DNA of 64,000 nucleotides from Candidatus Woesearchaeota archaeon (lineage in GTDB: Archaea; Nanobdellota; Nanobdellia; Pacearchaeales; GW2011-AR1). The translations under genes and the position numbers were made by a program. Below are positions 40,780 to 50,696 of the stretch, piece by piece (positions within the stretch are counted from its first letter, which is position 1; every line of letters starts with the position of its first letter). Below the pieces are notes generated by a model. The model worked only from the letters and a program-made list of their open reading frames with translations. It did not search any database and was not told where the DNA came from. The stretch lies in NCBI GenBank assembly GCA_964612895.1, contig CAZTFL010000001.1, forward strand, positions 177,469 to 241,468. The letters run 5' to 3'.

Positions 40780-41508
40780 TTATAATATATTTCCTGGCCC
40801 AAAATTTATTTCACCTAGCAATCCAGGAGATGTTGGTTCCCCAAATGTAACCTCTCCAGTTTCTTCCTCTTCCTCCGGAACTTCTTTATCATTAGATTCA
40901 GTAGATATTTCATCTTCTTTTGAAAAATAAAAAGTCTTAATGCTACTTATTGCTTCTGTTCCAAATAAATCTTTACCTGTAGAAACATATGTTTTATTAT
41001 TACAAAGTTCATCATATAATTTAGAATTTGATTTTAAAAGATTAAAAAAATTATCTGAATCTACAATAATTCGATTATACAAAGTTAAATCTTTTTCTCC
41101 TCCTCTCTTCATAGGAATATAAACTTCAATATTTCTACCGTATTTAGTCCCGTATTTAGTCAAATCCATTTCATTTAATATACCCAAATTTGAATAATTA
41201 ACATTTGTATATTCTTGTTTTGATATTCTTTCAAGTTTCCCTTCATCTACTTCTTTTAAATCATCAACTTTTATAGCGTCTTTATCTTTCATATAAAAGA
41301 ATAAAACTTTCTTTTTTTTGCTATCAATAACATACATATCATTATTTTGAATAGATTTTTCTGAGTCAGAGTATGAAGCAACAGTTTTTGATAAATTACT
41401 TAATTCTTCTTTATGATAATCAGCTGGCAATGGATTTGAATATAAACTAGAAGTTAAAGCAAGAACACCAAGGCCAATTCCCAATTCCTTCAAATAATTA
41501 TTTTTCAT
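40780..41508 (-). CDS. Secreted hypothetical protein
   Basis: N-terminal hydrophobic signal; acidic tail; GGAG upstream. Confidence 0.6.
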   Translation of the reverse strand: MKNNYLKELGIGLGVLALTSSLYSNPLPADYHKEELSNLSKTVASYSDSEKSIQNNDMYVIDSKKKKVLFFYMKDKDAIKVDDLKEVDEGKLERISKQEYTNVNYSNLGILNEMDLTKYGTKYGRNIEVYIPMKRGGEKDLTLYNRIIVDSDNFFNLLKSNSKLYDELCNNKTYVSTGKDLFGTEAISSIKTFYFSKEDEISTESNDKEVPEEEEETGEVTFGEPTSPGLLGEINFGPGNIL

Positions 41509-41574
41509 AATTTTACTCCGATAAAATTACTACATAAATTGACTATATAAACTTTGTTATTTTTAGAAATATAT

Positions 41575-42153
41575 CTAAAATGTTCTATCTATTTCATTGT
41601 GTATTATAGTAAATACTTGTGAAGCAAAAAGAATTTTAGAAGAAACTGATATTTTATCAATTTTTTTAAGAAATTTATTTTTATCCTTAGGAAACCCTTC
41701 ATGATCTCCAATTATATATACTTCATTTCCTTTAATTGAAGATTTTCTAATATCAACTCCTTTTTCATCTAATAAAAAAACATTCTTCCCCTCACTATCT
41801 AATTCTGAAATTAATTTTTCAAAAGATTTTTTTTCAATAAAACATCCAGGAAATATTTGTTTTAATTCCTCTTTATCTGAAGATTTATATAACATCTTTT
41901 TTATTAAACCAGCAACATCTTTTTTTGAGATAGGCATATCTTTATTTGATTCAAGAATTAAATGTTTTGGTGGATTTGGTTGTCCTTCAAAAATTAAATG
42001 TAATTTAACATCGTCACGCATTTCATTTGAAATAAAAAAAGCAGAAATAATAACATTACAAACTATATCCATTCTACCAGCAGCTTTTAAGTCTTCTTTT
42101 ATAAAATTCCCAGATGTAACAGCATTTTTTGAATAATAAATAAATTCTCTCAT
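41575..42153 (-). CDS. trmY: tRNA (pseudouridine54-N1)-methyltransferase (SPOUT)
   Basis: MREFI, AGRMDIVC..I.AFF.S..MR, IIGDHEG, H.E.DR. Confidence 0.88.
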   Translation of the reverse strand: MREFIYYSKNAVTSGNFIKEDLKAAGRMDIVCNVIISAFFISNEMRDDVKLHLIFEGQPNPPKHLILESNKDMPISKKDVAGLIKKMLYKSSDKEELKQIFPGCFIEKKSFEKLISELDSEGKNVFLLDEKGVDIRKSSIKGNEVYIIGDHEGFPKDKNKFLKKIDKISVSSKILFASQVFTIIHNEIDRTF

Positions 42154-42183
42154 TTAATATAAAAAATTTAAATCTATATAAAA

Positions 42184-42675
42184 TTAACTTGAACTATCTA
42201 AATATTGATGAACCAAATCATTCTCTAGTTGTTTAACTTCAGAACGAGTAACAATTTTATCTCCATTTTTATCTGCAGACTCTAATGCTTTTGTTAAATG
42301 TACGTAATTATCCAAAAAAGGCTTGTATTTTTCTTTTTCTTCAATAAATATGATTCCACTAATTTCTTTTATTTCTGCAGTACCAGCATAAACGCCAGCA
42401 ATCTTGTTTAAATTATCTACATTATCAACCAAACAAATATATCCTTCCGGAAGACCATATTTTTCAACTAAACCCATATTATTCACATCTAAGGCAGACA
42501 TTAAACTTTTATCACTTAGAGACCTAGGAGTATAATAATAATTTGAACTTATAGCTGATTTTCCACGATACTGAGAAAATGCACGATTGCATTTTAACAT
42601 TTCACAACCACTTCCTAAAGATAAAATTCCACCAATGAGAATAAATGGAACAATTTTTTTTAACAAATTTCTCAT
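42184..42675 (-). CDS. Lipoprotein-like secreted protein with EF-hand-like loop
   Basis: Signal ending LGSGC; DKNGDKIVTRSE. Confidence 0.6.
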   Translation of the reverse strand: MRNLLKKIVPFILIGGILSLGSGCEMLKCNRAFSQYRGKSAISSNYYYTPRSLSDKSLMSALDVNNMGLVEKYGLPEGYICLVDNVDNLNKIAGVYAGTAEIKEISGIIFIEEKEKYKPFLDNYVHLTKALESADKNGDKIVTRSEVKQLENDLVHQYLDSSS

Positions 42676-42720
42676 ATAAGAATTATAAAACAAAATAGTA
42701 TTTAACCTTTTTGAAATAAA

Positions 42721-44154
42721 TTAAATAGAGTCTTCACTCTTTTTTGTAAAAAATTTTATAGCTTCAGCTAATTCTTTATGAGTTTTTGAGTATGTTTTTA
42801 TATCTATTTTTTTTGTATAAGCATCACAAGCTTGAACTAATGCTTTAGCTCCAGATTGAGTTCCTGAAGGATGAGCATGACAACCAGCACCCATGGTAGT
42901 TATAAAATCAACATTTCCCATAATTTTAATAAAAGAATTTAATAATGTTGGATTAAGACCACCTGAAATAATTGGAACACATTTTTTGATTCCCCTCCAT
43001 GAATCATCACTTAAAGTAACATGATGAGCTAAATCCTTATGAACCAAATTTATAACATCCTTATCTTTATCTTGTATTTTTGCCCAACTTTGATCAAAAA
43101 AGTGTCCCTTTTCTTTCATTCTTAGAATATTATCTGCAGACACCTTATCTTCTTTTGGATTTCCTGCCATTTTCCCGACTCCTGCTGTTCCTGTATGTAT
43201 ACCAGAAGCTCCAGCTAATCTTGCAAATTTTGATAATACTAAAACAGACATTCCAATTGGATTTTCTTCTCTTGTAAAAGCTCCATGAGCAGCTCTATGA
43301 AAATGAATAAAAACATCAGGATATCTTCTTCGTAAAGTTTGAACAGCCATCCAGCCAGCAGTTATCCCATCAATCAAAAAAGCATAACTTCCCTTCTCAA
43401 AACCAGCATTTCTAATCATTTCACATCTTTCAATCATTGTATCAAAATCAGCAGCAGAAACATTAAACGAATGAATTTTTTTCTTTCCAGTTTCTTTTAC
43501 AGCTTTGTCCATTGCTTCTTTTACATACTTAACCATTTTATCATAAGGACAAAAATCTTGATTAGCTTGCGGTTCATCATTTTTAACAAAATCACCTCCA
43601 CCGACCCAAAAGTCATAACAAACTTCAGCATATTCAGAGCTAGTCAATCCCATTTTAGGTTTTATAATAGTTCCAAGAATTGGTCTATTTTTAATTCCTA
43701 AATATTTTCTCATATCATCTAATGTATAACTTGGACCATCATATTGTTCTAACATTGCAGATGGAAACCAGATATCTAATAATTTTAAAGCTTTTATCTG
43801 TTTCATACCCAAGACGTTTCCAATTACATAGGTAAGAATATTTTGAACATTACCACCTCTATCAAATAATCTCCATGGGAAAGCTATCCAAACTAAATTT
43901 TTTTTATAATCAATTTGATATACTAGAGCATTCATTTGTCTTGAGAAATCCGTTTCTGTTTGAACAGCAAAATTTGTTCCAGTAGAAGATTCCGCTGCAA
44001 CCTCTGCTGATGCTTGTAAAATATTGTATTCTGAAGATGAAACTAAATGATAAACAGCTAACATATATTCTCCATTCTTAGGATTCGCTAAATCTAAATT
44101 AATATATGCTTTTTGATGCGAATTCAATGTTTTTAAAAATTTATAATCTACCAT
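42721..44154 (-). CDS. rbcL: RuBisCO large subunit, form II/III
   Basis: AAESSTGT, GTIIKPK.GL, GGDFVKNDE, HFHRAAH, HTGT..GKM, SGG; an insert of about 30 aa before PIISGG typical of form II/III. Confidence 0.95.
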   Translation of the reverse strand: MVDYKFLKTLNSHQKAYINLDLANPKNGEYMLAVYHLVSSSEYNILQASAEVAAESSTGTNFAVQTETDFSRQMNALVYQIDYKKNLVWIAFPWRLFDRGGNVQNILTYVIGNVLGMKQIKALKLLDIWFPSAMLEQYDGPSYTLDDMRKYLGIKNRPILGTIIKPKMGLTSSEYAEVCYDFWVGGGDFVKNDEPQANQDFCPYDKMVKYVKEAMDKAVKETGKKKIHSFNVSAADFDTMIERCEMIRNAGFEKGSYAFLIDGITAGWMAVQTLRRRYPDVFIHFHRAAHGAFTREENPIGMSVLVLSKFARLAGASGIHTGTAGVGKMAGNPKEDKVSADNILRMKEKGHFFDQSWAKIQDKDKDVINLVHKDLAHHVTLSDDSWRGIKKCVPIISGGLNPTLLNSFIKIMGNVDFITTMGAGCHAHPSGTQSGAKALVQACDAYTKKIDIKTYSKTHKELAEAIKFFTKKSEDSI

Positions 44155-44234
44155 CTCTTCTACATATTTATATTAATTAACTTTTATAAATTTAACGAGA
44201 CTAACTTTTTAAACTAAAAAAAACTTTATTTTTT

Positions 44235-45050
44235 ATGAAATATATTGATGTTCATTCACATTTAGACATGAGTAAATTTGATATAGATAGAGAGAACTTA
44301 ATTAAAAAAGCAAAAATGGAAAATTTGACAATAATAACTTCAGGTGTTAATCCAACTGTTAATCGTAAAATTCTAGAATATTCAAAAAAATATGATAACG
44401 TATTTGCATCTTTTGGAATTTATCCTATTGACGCATTAATTAAAGACTTCCCAAATGCCCAAGACGACGGTCCAAGAGAAACGATTGTTCCATTCAATAT
44501 AGACGAAGAAATCAATTGGATAAAAGAACATAAAGACGATTGTGTAATGATAGGAGAAATTGGAATGGATTTTAAAGTTATAGAACCTACTGAAAAAATA
44601 AAAAAAGCTCAAATTGAAAATTTTGAAAAAATTATAAAAATGTCAAAAGAAATTAACAAACCAATACTCATTCATTCTAGGGGAGCAGAATTAGAATGTA
44701 TCGAATTATTAGAAAAAAACAACTGCAAAAAGGTAATCATGCATTGTTTTAATGGTAAAAAATCTTTAATAAAAAGAATTATCCAAAATGGATGGTTTAT
44801 AAGTATACCAGCAGTAATAACGCGTTTAGAACATTTTAAAATGGTCGCAGAGATAACACCAATTAATCAGATTTTAACAGAGACAGACGCACCTTATTTA
44901 TCACCTGTAGTAGGAGAAAGGAATATCCCAAATAATGTAAAAATAACAATAAAAGAAATTGCTAAAATCAAAAACATAGAAGAAGAAGAAATTAGAGAAC
45001 AAATAATAAAAAATGCAAAAATGTTTTTTAATAATAATTTTGAATTTTAA
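44235..45050 (+). CDS. tatD: TatD family nuclease
   Basis: IDVHSHL, IGEIGMD, IHSR.AE, MHCF, LTETDAPYL. Confidence 0.93.
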   Translation: MKYIDVHSHLDMSKFDIDRENLIKKAKMENLTIITSGVNPTVNRKILEYSKKYDNVFASFGIYPIDALIKDFPNAQDDGPRETIVPFNIDEEINWIKEHKDDCVMIGEIGMDFKVIEPTEKIKKAQIENFEKIIKMSKEINKPILIHSRGAELECIELLEKNNCKKVIMHCFNGKKSLIKRIIQNGWFISIPAVITRLEHFKMVAEITPINQILTETDAPYLSPVVGERNIPNNVKITIKEIAKIKNIEEEEIREQIIKNAKMFFNNNFEF

Positions 45051-45889
45051 TATTTAAAATTTATACCTACTGCTTTTTTTACTAAACCCTTTCTACAATC
45101 TTTAATATCTTCTTTTTTAGCTTTCTTTAGATATTTCTTAATTCTTTTTTTCTTCTCTTGAATTGAAATCTCTTTATTTGTATGTGGTCCTCCGATACAT
45201 CCACCTTTACAGAATAAACAATCTAAAAATAATATCTTTTTTCTCGATTTAGATAGAAATTTTTCTATCTGTTTTATGCCGTCTACAATATATACATCTT
45301 TAGGTTTTAATATACCATTCAAATGAGCAGTTTTATATAATCCACCACTTAATGGATATATTTTTGTATAATCATTATAAAATTTATCAAACTGATATTT
45401 TGTATCATTTTCTGTTATGTTATTTTTTAAGAATAAATCTTTTAATTGTTTATAATCTATAATAAAATCAATTTCTTTGTGCTCATTAGCTTCTATTTTT
45501 TTCATATTACATGGTGATATAAAGAATATTTTATATTTTGGAAAATACTTTCTGCAAATTTTTGCCATAGCAATCATCGGAGAATCTATTCTTATAATAT
45601 TATTATACAAATCTGGATAATTATTTTTTATATAATTAACAACTCCAGGGCAAGTGGATGAAATCAACATTTTTTTTGTATTTTTTAATTTTTTATTATA
45701 TTCACGATTAATCATTTTTGCTCCAAAAGTTAATTCAACTACCTTATCAAATCCTATTTTTTTTAACTGACCAATAATTGATGGATAATTAAAATCTGTA
45801 ACAAAACTCGGTGCAAGCATTGCTAAACATTTTGAATTAGATTTTAGAACACTTTCTATTTTTAATATGTTATTTTTATTCACAACCAT
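45047..45889 (-). CDS. Minimal [FeFe]-hydrogenase H-domain protein
   Basis: LAPS, ISSTCPG (L1), SPCNMKKIE (L2), DCLFCKGGCIGGP (L3); no ferredoxin domain. Confidence 0.85.
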   Translation of the reverse strand: MVVNKNNILKIESVLKSNSKCLAMLAPSFVTDFNYPSIIGQLKKIGFDKVVELTFGAKMINREYNKKLKNTKKMLISSTCPGVVNYIKNNYPDLYNNIIRIDSPMIAMAKICRKYFPKYKIFFISPCNMKKIEANEHKEIDFIIDYKQLKDLFLKNNITENDTKYQFDKFYNDYTKIYPLSGGLYKTAHLNGILKPKDVYIVDGIKQIEKFLSKSRKKILFLDCLFCKGGCIGGPHTNKEISIQEKKKRIKKYLKKAKKEDIKDCRKGLVKKAVGINFKY

Positions 45890-46514
45890 TTTTTTTTATA
45901 ATTATTTTATTTTTATTAATTAAAACTTTATAAATATAAACTTTATCATAAGGAATATTCCAACTAATAGCTTCTTTTATAGAAGATTTCTCTATTATTT
46001 TTCTAAAAAGCCTAATTGAATTTCCATGCCCAGAAATAACAATATTTGTTTTGTTTTGTTTAAGAATATCTATAATCTCTTTTATAAATATTTTAACCCT
46101 TTTTTCAACATCTTTAAAACTCTCTCCATTTTTTGCAGATACATTCCATCCTCTATGTATTTTATTAAATTCTTTTATTCCATTTTTTTTTATAAAATTA
46201 TCGTGACTAATACCTGATAAATCACCATAACTTCTTTCTATTATATTGTTATTTTCCAATATTTTCTTACACTCTGGATGATACTTTAAAACTTCATACA
46301 AAGTTCTTTTTGAACGAATTAATGATGTGTGTATAGCAATTCCTAATTTTTTATTTCTTAATTTTTTTGAAATTTCTTTGGCGTTTTTAATACCTTCATT
46401 TGTTAATTTTGGATTTTTCCATCCAGTGAATATTCTATCTCTATTATACGTTGTCTGTCCATGTCTAAATATATATATAAAAAATTCTTCTATATTATTT
46501 TTCATTCTTATCAT
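45876..46514 (-). CDS. gpmA: Histidine phosphatase / cofactor-dependent phosphoglycerate mutase
   Basis: RHGQT.YN...FTGW, ERSYGDL.G, GES, GHGNSIR. Confidence 0.8.
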   Translation of the reverse strand: MIRMKNNIEEFFIYIFRHGQTTYNRDRIFTGWKNPKLTNEGIKNAKEISKKLRNKKLGIAIHTSLIRSKRTLYEVLKYHPECKKILENNNIIERSYGDLSGISHDNFIKKNGIKEFNKIHRGWNVSAKNGESFKDVEKRVKIFIKEIIDILKQNKTNIVISGHGNSIRLFRKIIEKSSIKEAISWNIPYDKVYIYKVLINKNKIIIKKNGCE

Positions 46515-47310
46515 CTTTTATTTTTATTTTTTCTTGAAGAGAAAAGTCTTTTTTTTGATAAATAATACCTATTGCAATTTTTCCATTTTTTTTATTATAA
46601 TCATATTCTTCTGAAATTTCCTTAGCTTTCTCGTAATCTTCATTGTCTTCTATTTTATACATAAATTTATCTCTGTTATTAAATTCTTTATTGAATATTA
46701 AACAATCTTGTATAACTTCAACAAAAGAAAATCCTTTATGTTTTATTGCTTTTGAAAAAATTTCTACCATATGAGGAATATCTCTAGCATTTGTTCTTGC
46801 GACAAAACTAGCTCCAGAAGAAATAGCTATTTTAATTGGATTTAATGGGAAATTTTCTTCTCCATTGGGTTTTGTTTTAGAAATAAATCCTTTATAAGAA
46901 GTTGGAGTTGATTGTCCTGTAGTTAAAGAAAAATTTTGATTATCATGTAAAATTAATGTCATATCTGAATTATATCTAAAAGAATGAATAAAATGACTAA
47001 TTCCTTCAGAGTATACCGCGCCATCTCCTGCAAAAGTTATAACTTTTAATTTAGGATTACCTATACTTATGCCTAAAGCAACAGGTAATGCTCTTCCATG
47101 TAAACAATAAACTCCACTTAAATTAAGATAATCGAACATCTTTGAATTACAACCAATATCGGTAGTTATAACAAAATCGTTTTGTTTATATGTTTTTGAA
47201 TCTATTAATTTTGCTAAAGTTTGTTTAAATGCTTCATAAATCATAAAATTAGGGCATCCGGGGCACCATGTTATTTCTTCTTTTGTATTTAATTTGTCTT
47301 TTGTTTTCAT
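46495..47310 (-). CDS. 2-oxoacid:ferredoxin oxidoreductase beta subunit
   Basis: TWCPGC, IGC, LHGRALP, GDG..N TPP motif, LTTGQ.TPT, QDC. Confidence 0.93.
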   Translation of the reverse strand: MKTKDKLNTKEEITWCPGCPNFMIYEAFKQTLAKLIDSKTYKQNDFVITTDIGCNSKMFDYLNLSGVYCLHGRALPVALGISIGNPKLKVITFAGDGAVYSEGISHFIHSFRYNSDMTLILHDNQNFSLTTGQSTPTSYKGFISKTKPNGEENFPLNPIKIAISSGASFVARTNARDIPHMVEIFSKAIKHKGFSFVEVIQDCLIFNKEFNNRDKFMYKIEDNEDYEKAKEISEEYDYNKKNGKIAIGIIYQKKDFSLQEKIKIKDDKNEK

Positions 47311-48824
47311 TTTAAAATTTTCTTTATTTCTTTATTTAATTCATCGGCATAAAATGGACGTCCATCATATTTCAATATTTTATTTTTTATTTCAATTCCT
47401 GTTTTTTGCCTAATTAAATCTGATAATTGACTAGTTGAATTATTTTCTATAATAATTATATTCGAAAATTTTTTTAATTCTTTTTCTATTTCTTTTGGGA
47501 AAGGAGACAAATATAATATTTGTAAAAATTTACAATCTAAATTTTTTATAGAATCTATTATTACTCCTTTTGTAGAACCCCAACCGACGATTAAATTATT
47601 AGTCTTCTTTTTCCCATGAATTTTATAAGTTACAAAATTTTCTAAATCTTTTTCTATATCTAAAATTTTGTTTAATCTCTTATCTACATTTTTCTCTATG
47701 GTATTAGAGTCTTCTGTAGAATTTTTATAAATATTTGTCTCATAACTAGAAGTTTTAACTATTTTATTATTTCCAGGAATATCTCTATTTATTTTTATAG
47801 ATAAAATTTTTCTTACTTTTTTAAGAAAAGAATATTCACTTTCTGATAAGTGTTTATCTGATAATATTATAGATAATACTTTATGTTTTTCAGATAAATA
47901 TAATAATTCATTCGTTTTTTCAAAAGCTTCTAATGGATCCCCTGGAGCACAAACTATTCTATGAAACTCTCCATGCCCTGAATAAAGTGCAATATTTAAA
48001 TCTGATTGTAAAGTATACGTCGGGACACCAGTTCCTGGACCTGGACGAGAAGCAAGATAAACAGTAAGTGGAATTTCACTTATTCCTTGAAAACTTAATG
48101 ATTCGGCCATTAAATCAAATCCACCACCACTAGTTCCTACCATTGTTAATTTTCCAGCAAAACTAGTTCCTAATGCTATATTAGAAACAGCAATTTCATT
48201 CTCTGCTTGAAAAACACTAAGATTATTATTTTGATATTTTACTAGTTCAGTCATAACGCCCGTTGAAGGAGTCATTGGATATGTAAAATAGAAATTCAAT
48301 TTAGATTCTTTTGCAGAAAGAGCAATAGCAGAGCTTCCAGATAAATTTTCTATCTTATTTTTATTCTTTTTTAATTTTATTTTTGTATTTTGATAATCAA
48401 ATCCACTTAAAACAGAATTTATAGCCGATTCATTATTAAAATACTTTTTTACAATTTTAATTAAAAAATCTTTGGAAATATCAAAATATTTTGATAGGGA
48501 ACCAAGTAAAAACAAATTCAAATTACTATCAGAAAAATTTGAATCACTCTTTATAATAATTCCACCTTTCTTTAATTCTTTTTTATGCAAAAATATAGTA
48601 TTATTATCTAAAGCAACGATTACATCTAAATATTTATCGATACTTGAAGTTAATACATTACTGAAATTTAAAATATTGAAATTATGTCCTCCACGAATTA
48701 AGCTCTGATAATCTCTATAATTAAATGTAAAATATCCATACTCATTTAAAATCTCAGACATCATTTGAGTTATTTTATTGATACCTTGACCTGCAGCTCC
48801 ACCTATAAGTATATTATATCTCAT
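47307..48824 (-). CDS. 2-oxoacid:ferredoxin oxidoreductase alpha subunit (gamma-alpha fusion)
   Basis: IGGAAGQG, IRGGHN, YPMTPS, ENEI, TSGGGF.LM.E, RPGP.TG.PT; SD GAGGTGA before ATG 48824. Confidence 0.93.
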   Translation of the reverse strand: MRYNILIGGAAGQGINKITQMMSEILNEYGYFTFNYRDYQSLIRGGHNFNILNFSNVLTSSIDKYLDVIVALDNNTIFLHKKELKKGGIIIKSDSNFSDSNLNLFLLGSLSKYFDISKDFLIKIVKKYFNNESAINSVLSGFDYQNTKIKLKKNKNKIENLSGSSAIALSAKESKLNFYFTYPMTPSTGVMTELVKYQNNNLSVFQAENEIAVSNIALGTSFAGKLTMVGTSGGGFDLMAESLSFQGISEIPLTVYLASRPGPGTGVPTYTLQSDLNIALYSGHGEFHRIVCAPGDPLEAFEKTNELLYLSEKHKVLSIILSDKHLSESEYSFLKKVRKILSIKINRDIPGNNKIVKTSSYETNIYKNSTEDSNTIEKNVDKRLNKILDIEKDLENFVTYKIHGKKKTNNLIVGWGSTKGVIIDSIKNLDCKFLQILYLSPFPKEIEKELKKFSNIIIIENNSTSQLSDLIRQKTGIEIKNKILKYDGRPFYADELNKEIKKILK

Positions 48825-48912
48825 TTTCACCTCAAAATCAATAAAACCTCTCGATATATAAATTTGTTGGTAAAAAAATCGTAACATATATAAGCCATTT
48901 AAAATATTTATA

Positions 48913-49182
48913 ATGATGATTTATGGAATAATTGGATTCATTTTTATCGTTATTGGCTGGATACCACAGATAATGGATATGATAAAAAATAAAAAAAGTA
49001 ATTTAAATCTTTTATTTTCTGTATTATATATTTTAGGATCTTTTTTACTAATTCTTCATTCTATTTATCTAAAAGATATTATTTTTGTTTTTCTCAATAG
49101 TTTTGCTTTTATTATGGGTATAATTGGATTATTTTATAGCTTAAAATACAAAAAAACAAATAAGCGAAAACTTATAAACTAA
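48913..49182 (+). CDS. PQ-loop / SemiSWEET-like 3-TM transporter
   Basis: WIPQI PQ motif, 3 TM helices, 89 aa. Confidence 0.7.
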   Translation: MMIYGIIGFIFIVIGWIPQIMDMIKNKKSNLNLLFSVLYILGSFLLILHSIYLKDIIFVFLNSFAFIMGIIGLFYSLKYKKTNKRKLIN

Positions 49183-49279
49183 TATTATCTTGAAACTATA
49201 ATATAGACGAAAAATAATTGTGTTTAGGCATTAAATGTCTAACTAAAAAATTTGCTTCTTATATGATAAACGATAAAAA

Positions 49280-50491
49280 ATGAAAGAATTTGAAGAATTA
49301 GGAATTGGAAAAGAATTAATAAAAACTCTTAGAACAATGGGATTCAAAGAGCCATCAGAGATTCAAGAAAAAGCAATTCCAATAGCATTAGAAGGAAAAG
49401 ATATTGTCGGGATATCTGCTACTGGTAGTGGTAAAACTCTTGCCTTTATGTCTCCGATTATAGAGAAAATAAAACCTAACGGAAAAACACAAGCTATAAT
49501 TTTAACTCCTACAAGAGAACTTGCAGAACAAATTACTGAAACAACAAAGACTTTTATTGGAAATAAAAAAATAAACATTTTATCTATTTATGGAGGAGTT
49601 AATATAGAAACTCAAATAAAAAAATTATACAATAATGACATAGTTGTTGGAACTCCTGGTAGAATATTAGATCACTTAGAAAGAAAGACACTTAAATTAG
49701 ATTCTATAAAATTCCTTGTTTTAGATGAAGCAGATAGAATGTTTGATATGGGATTCCAGAAAGATGTTGAAAAAATAATAAAAAAATGTTCAGCCGATAG
49801 ACAAACAATGATGTTTTCAGCTACAATATCAGAAAATATTAATTTTTTTATAAAAAAATACACAATTAATCCTATTAAAATATCAGTAAAATCTTTAGTT
49901 GATCCATTATTATTAGAACAAGTATACTATGATATTCCAGATTATAATAAATTCTCTTTATTAGTTCACCTAATTAAATCTGATAAAAATTCTTTATCTA
50001 TGATATTTTGTAACACAAAAAGAAATGTAGATTTTGTAACAAATAATTTACAAAAATTAGGAATTAACTCAAAAGCTATTCATGGAGGAATGATTCAAAA
50101 TAAAAGAATAAAGACTCTTGAAGAATTTCATAAAAAAGAGATAAATGTTTTAGTATGTACAGACGTTGCAGCAAGGGGTTTAGACATTAAAGATGTAACC
50201 CACGTGTATAATTACGATATACCACCAACATTTGAATATTATGTACACAGAATTGGAAGAACAGCAAGAGCAGGAAAAAACGGAAAAGCAATAAATATAC
50301 TATCAAGTAGAGATTATGATAATTTTAGAAATATTACAAGAAATAAATCTATAGCGATAAAAAGAGAAGAAATTTCTGAAATAGAAATTGTAAAAATTCA
50401 AAAAAATGTTTACAGAAGAGAAAATAATAATTTTAAAAGACCTTTTAATAAAAGAAATTCAAAAGGAGGTAAATATGGAAGGAAAAGTTAA
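49280..50491 (+). CDS. DEAD-box RNA helicase
   Basis: Q motif, TGSGKT, PTRELA, TPGR, DEAD, SAT, ARGLD, HRIGRTAR. Confidence 0.96.
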   Translation: MKEFEELGIGKELIKTLRTMGFKEPSEIQEKAIPIALEGKDIVGISATGSGKTLAFMSPIIEKIKPNGKTQAIILTPTRELAEQITETTKTFIGNKKINILSIYGGVNIETQIKKLYNNDIVVGTPGRILDHLERKTLKLDSIKFLVLDEADRMFDMGFQKDVEKIIKKCSADRQTMMFSATISENINFFIKKYTINPIKISVKSLVDPLLLEQVYYDIPDYNKFSLLVHLIKSDKNSLSMIFCNTKRNVDFVTNNLQKLGINSKAIHGGMIQNKRIKTLEEFHKKEINVLVCTDVAARGLDIKDVTHVYNYDIPPTFEYYVHRIGRTARAGKNGKAINILSSRDYDNFRNITRNKSIAIKREEISEIEIVKIQKNVYRRENNNFKRPFNKRNSKGGKYGRKS

Positions 50492-50666
50492 GTTTTTTAA
50501 TGAAATGAAAGAATTTGGATTTATAACTGGAGACGATAATAAAGATTATTTTGTTCATAAAAGTTCTATAAAAGAAGATATTAAATTAAAAGAAAATGAT
50601 TTAGTTGTTTTTGATGTAGAAACAGGAACAAGAGGATTAAAAGCAATAAATGTCTCTAATAAATAA
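50475..50666 (+). CDS. csp: Cold-shock domain protein
   Basis: MEGKVKFFN..K.FGFI..DYFVH.S..G.KA.NV; SD GGAGGT inside the helicase 3' end. Confidence 0.92.
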   Translation: MEGKVKFFNEMKEFGFITGDDNKDYFVHKSSIKEDIKLKENDLVVFDVETGTRGLKAINVSNK

Positions 50667-50696
50667 ATATAAAAAGATTATTAGCGAATAAAATTT

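Noticed and set aside
42721..44154. Calvin-cycle autotrophy
   Set aside because: No phosphoribulokinase or small subunit in the window; form II/III enzymes in such lineages are linked to nucleoside salvage.
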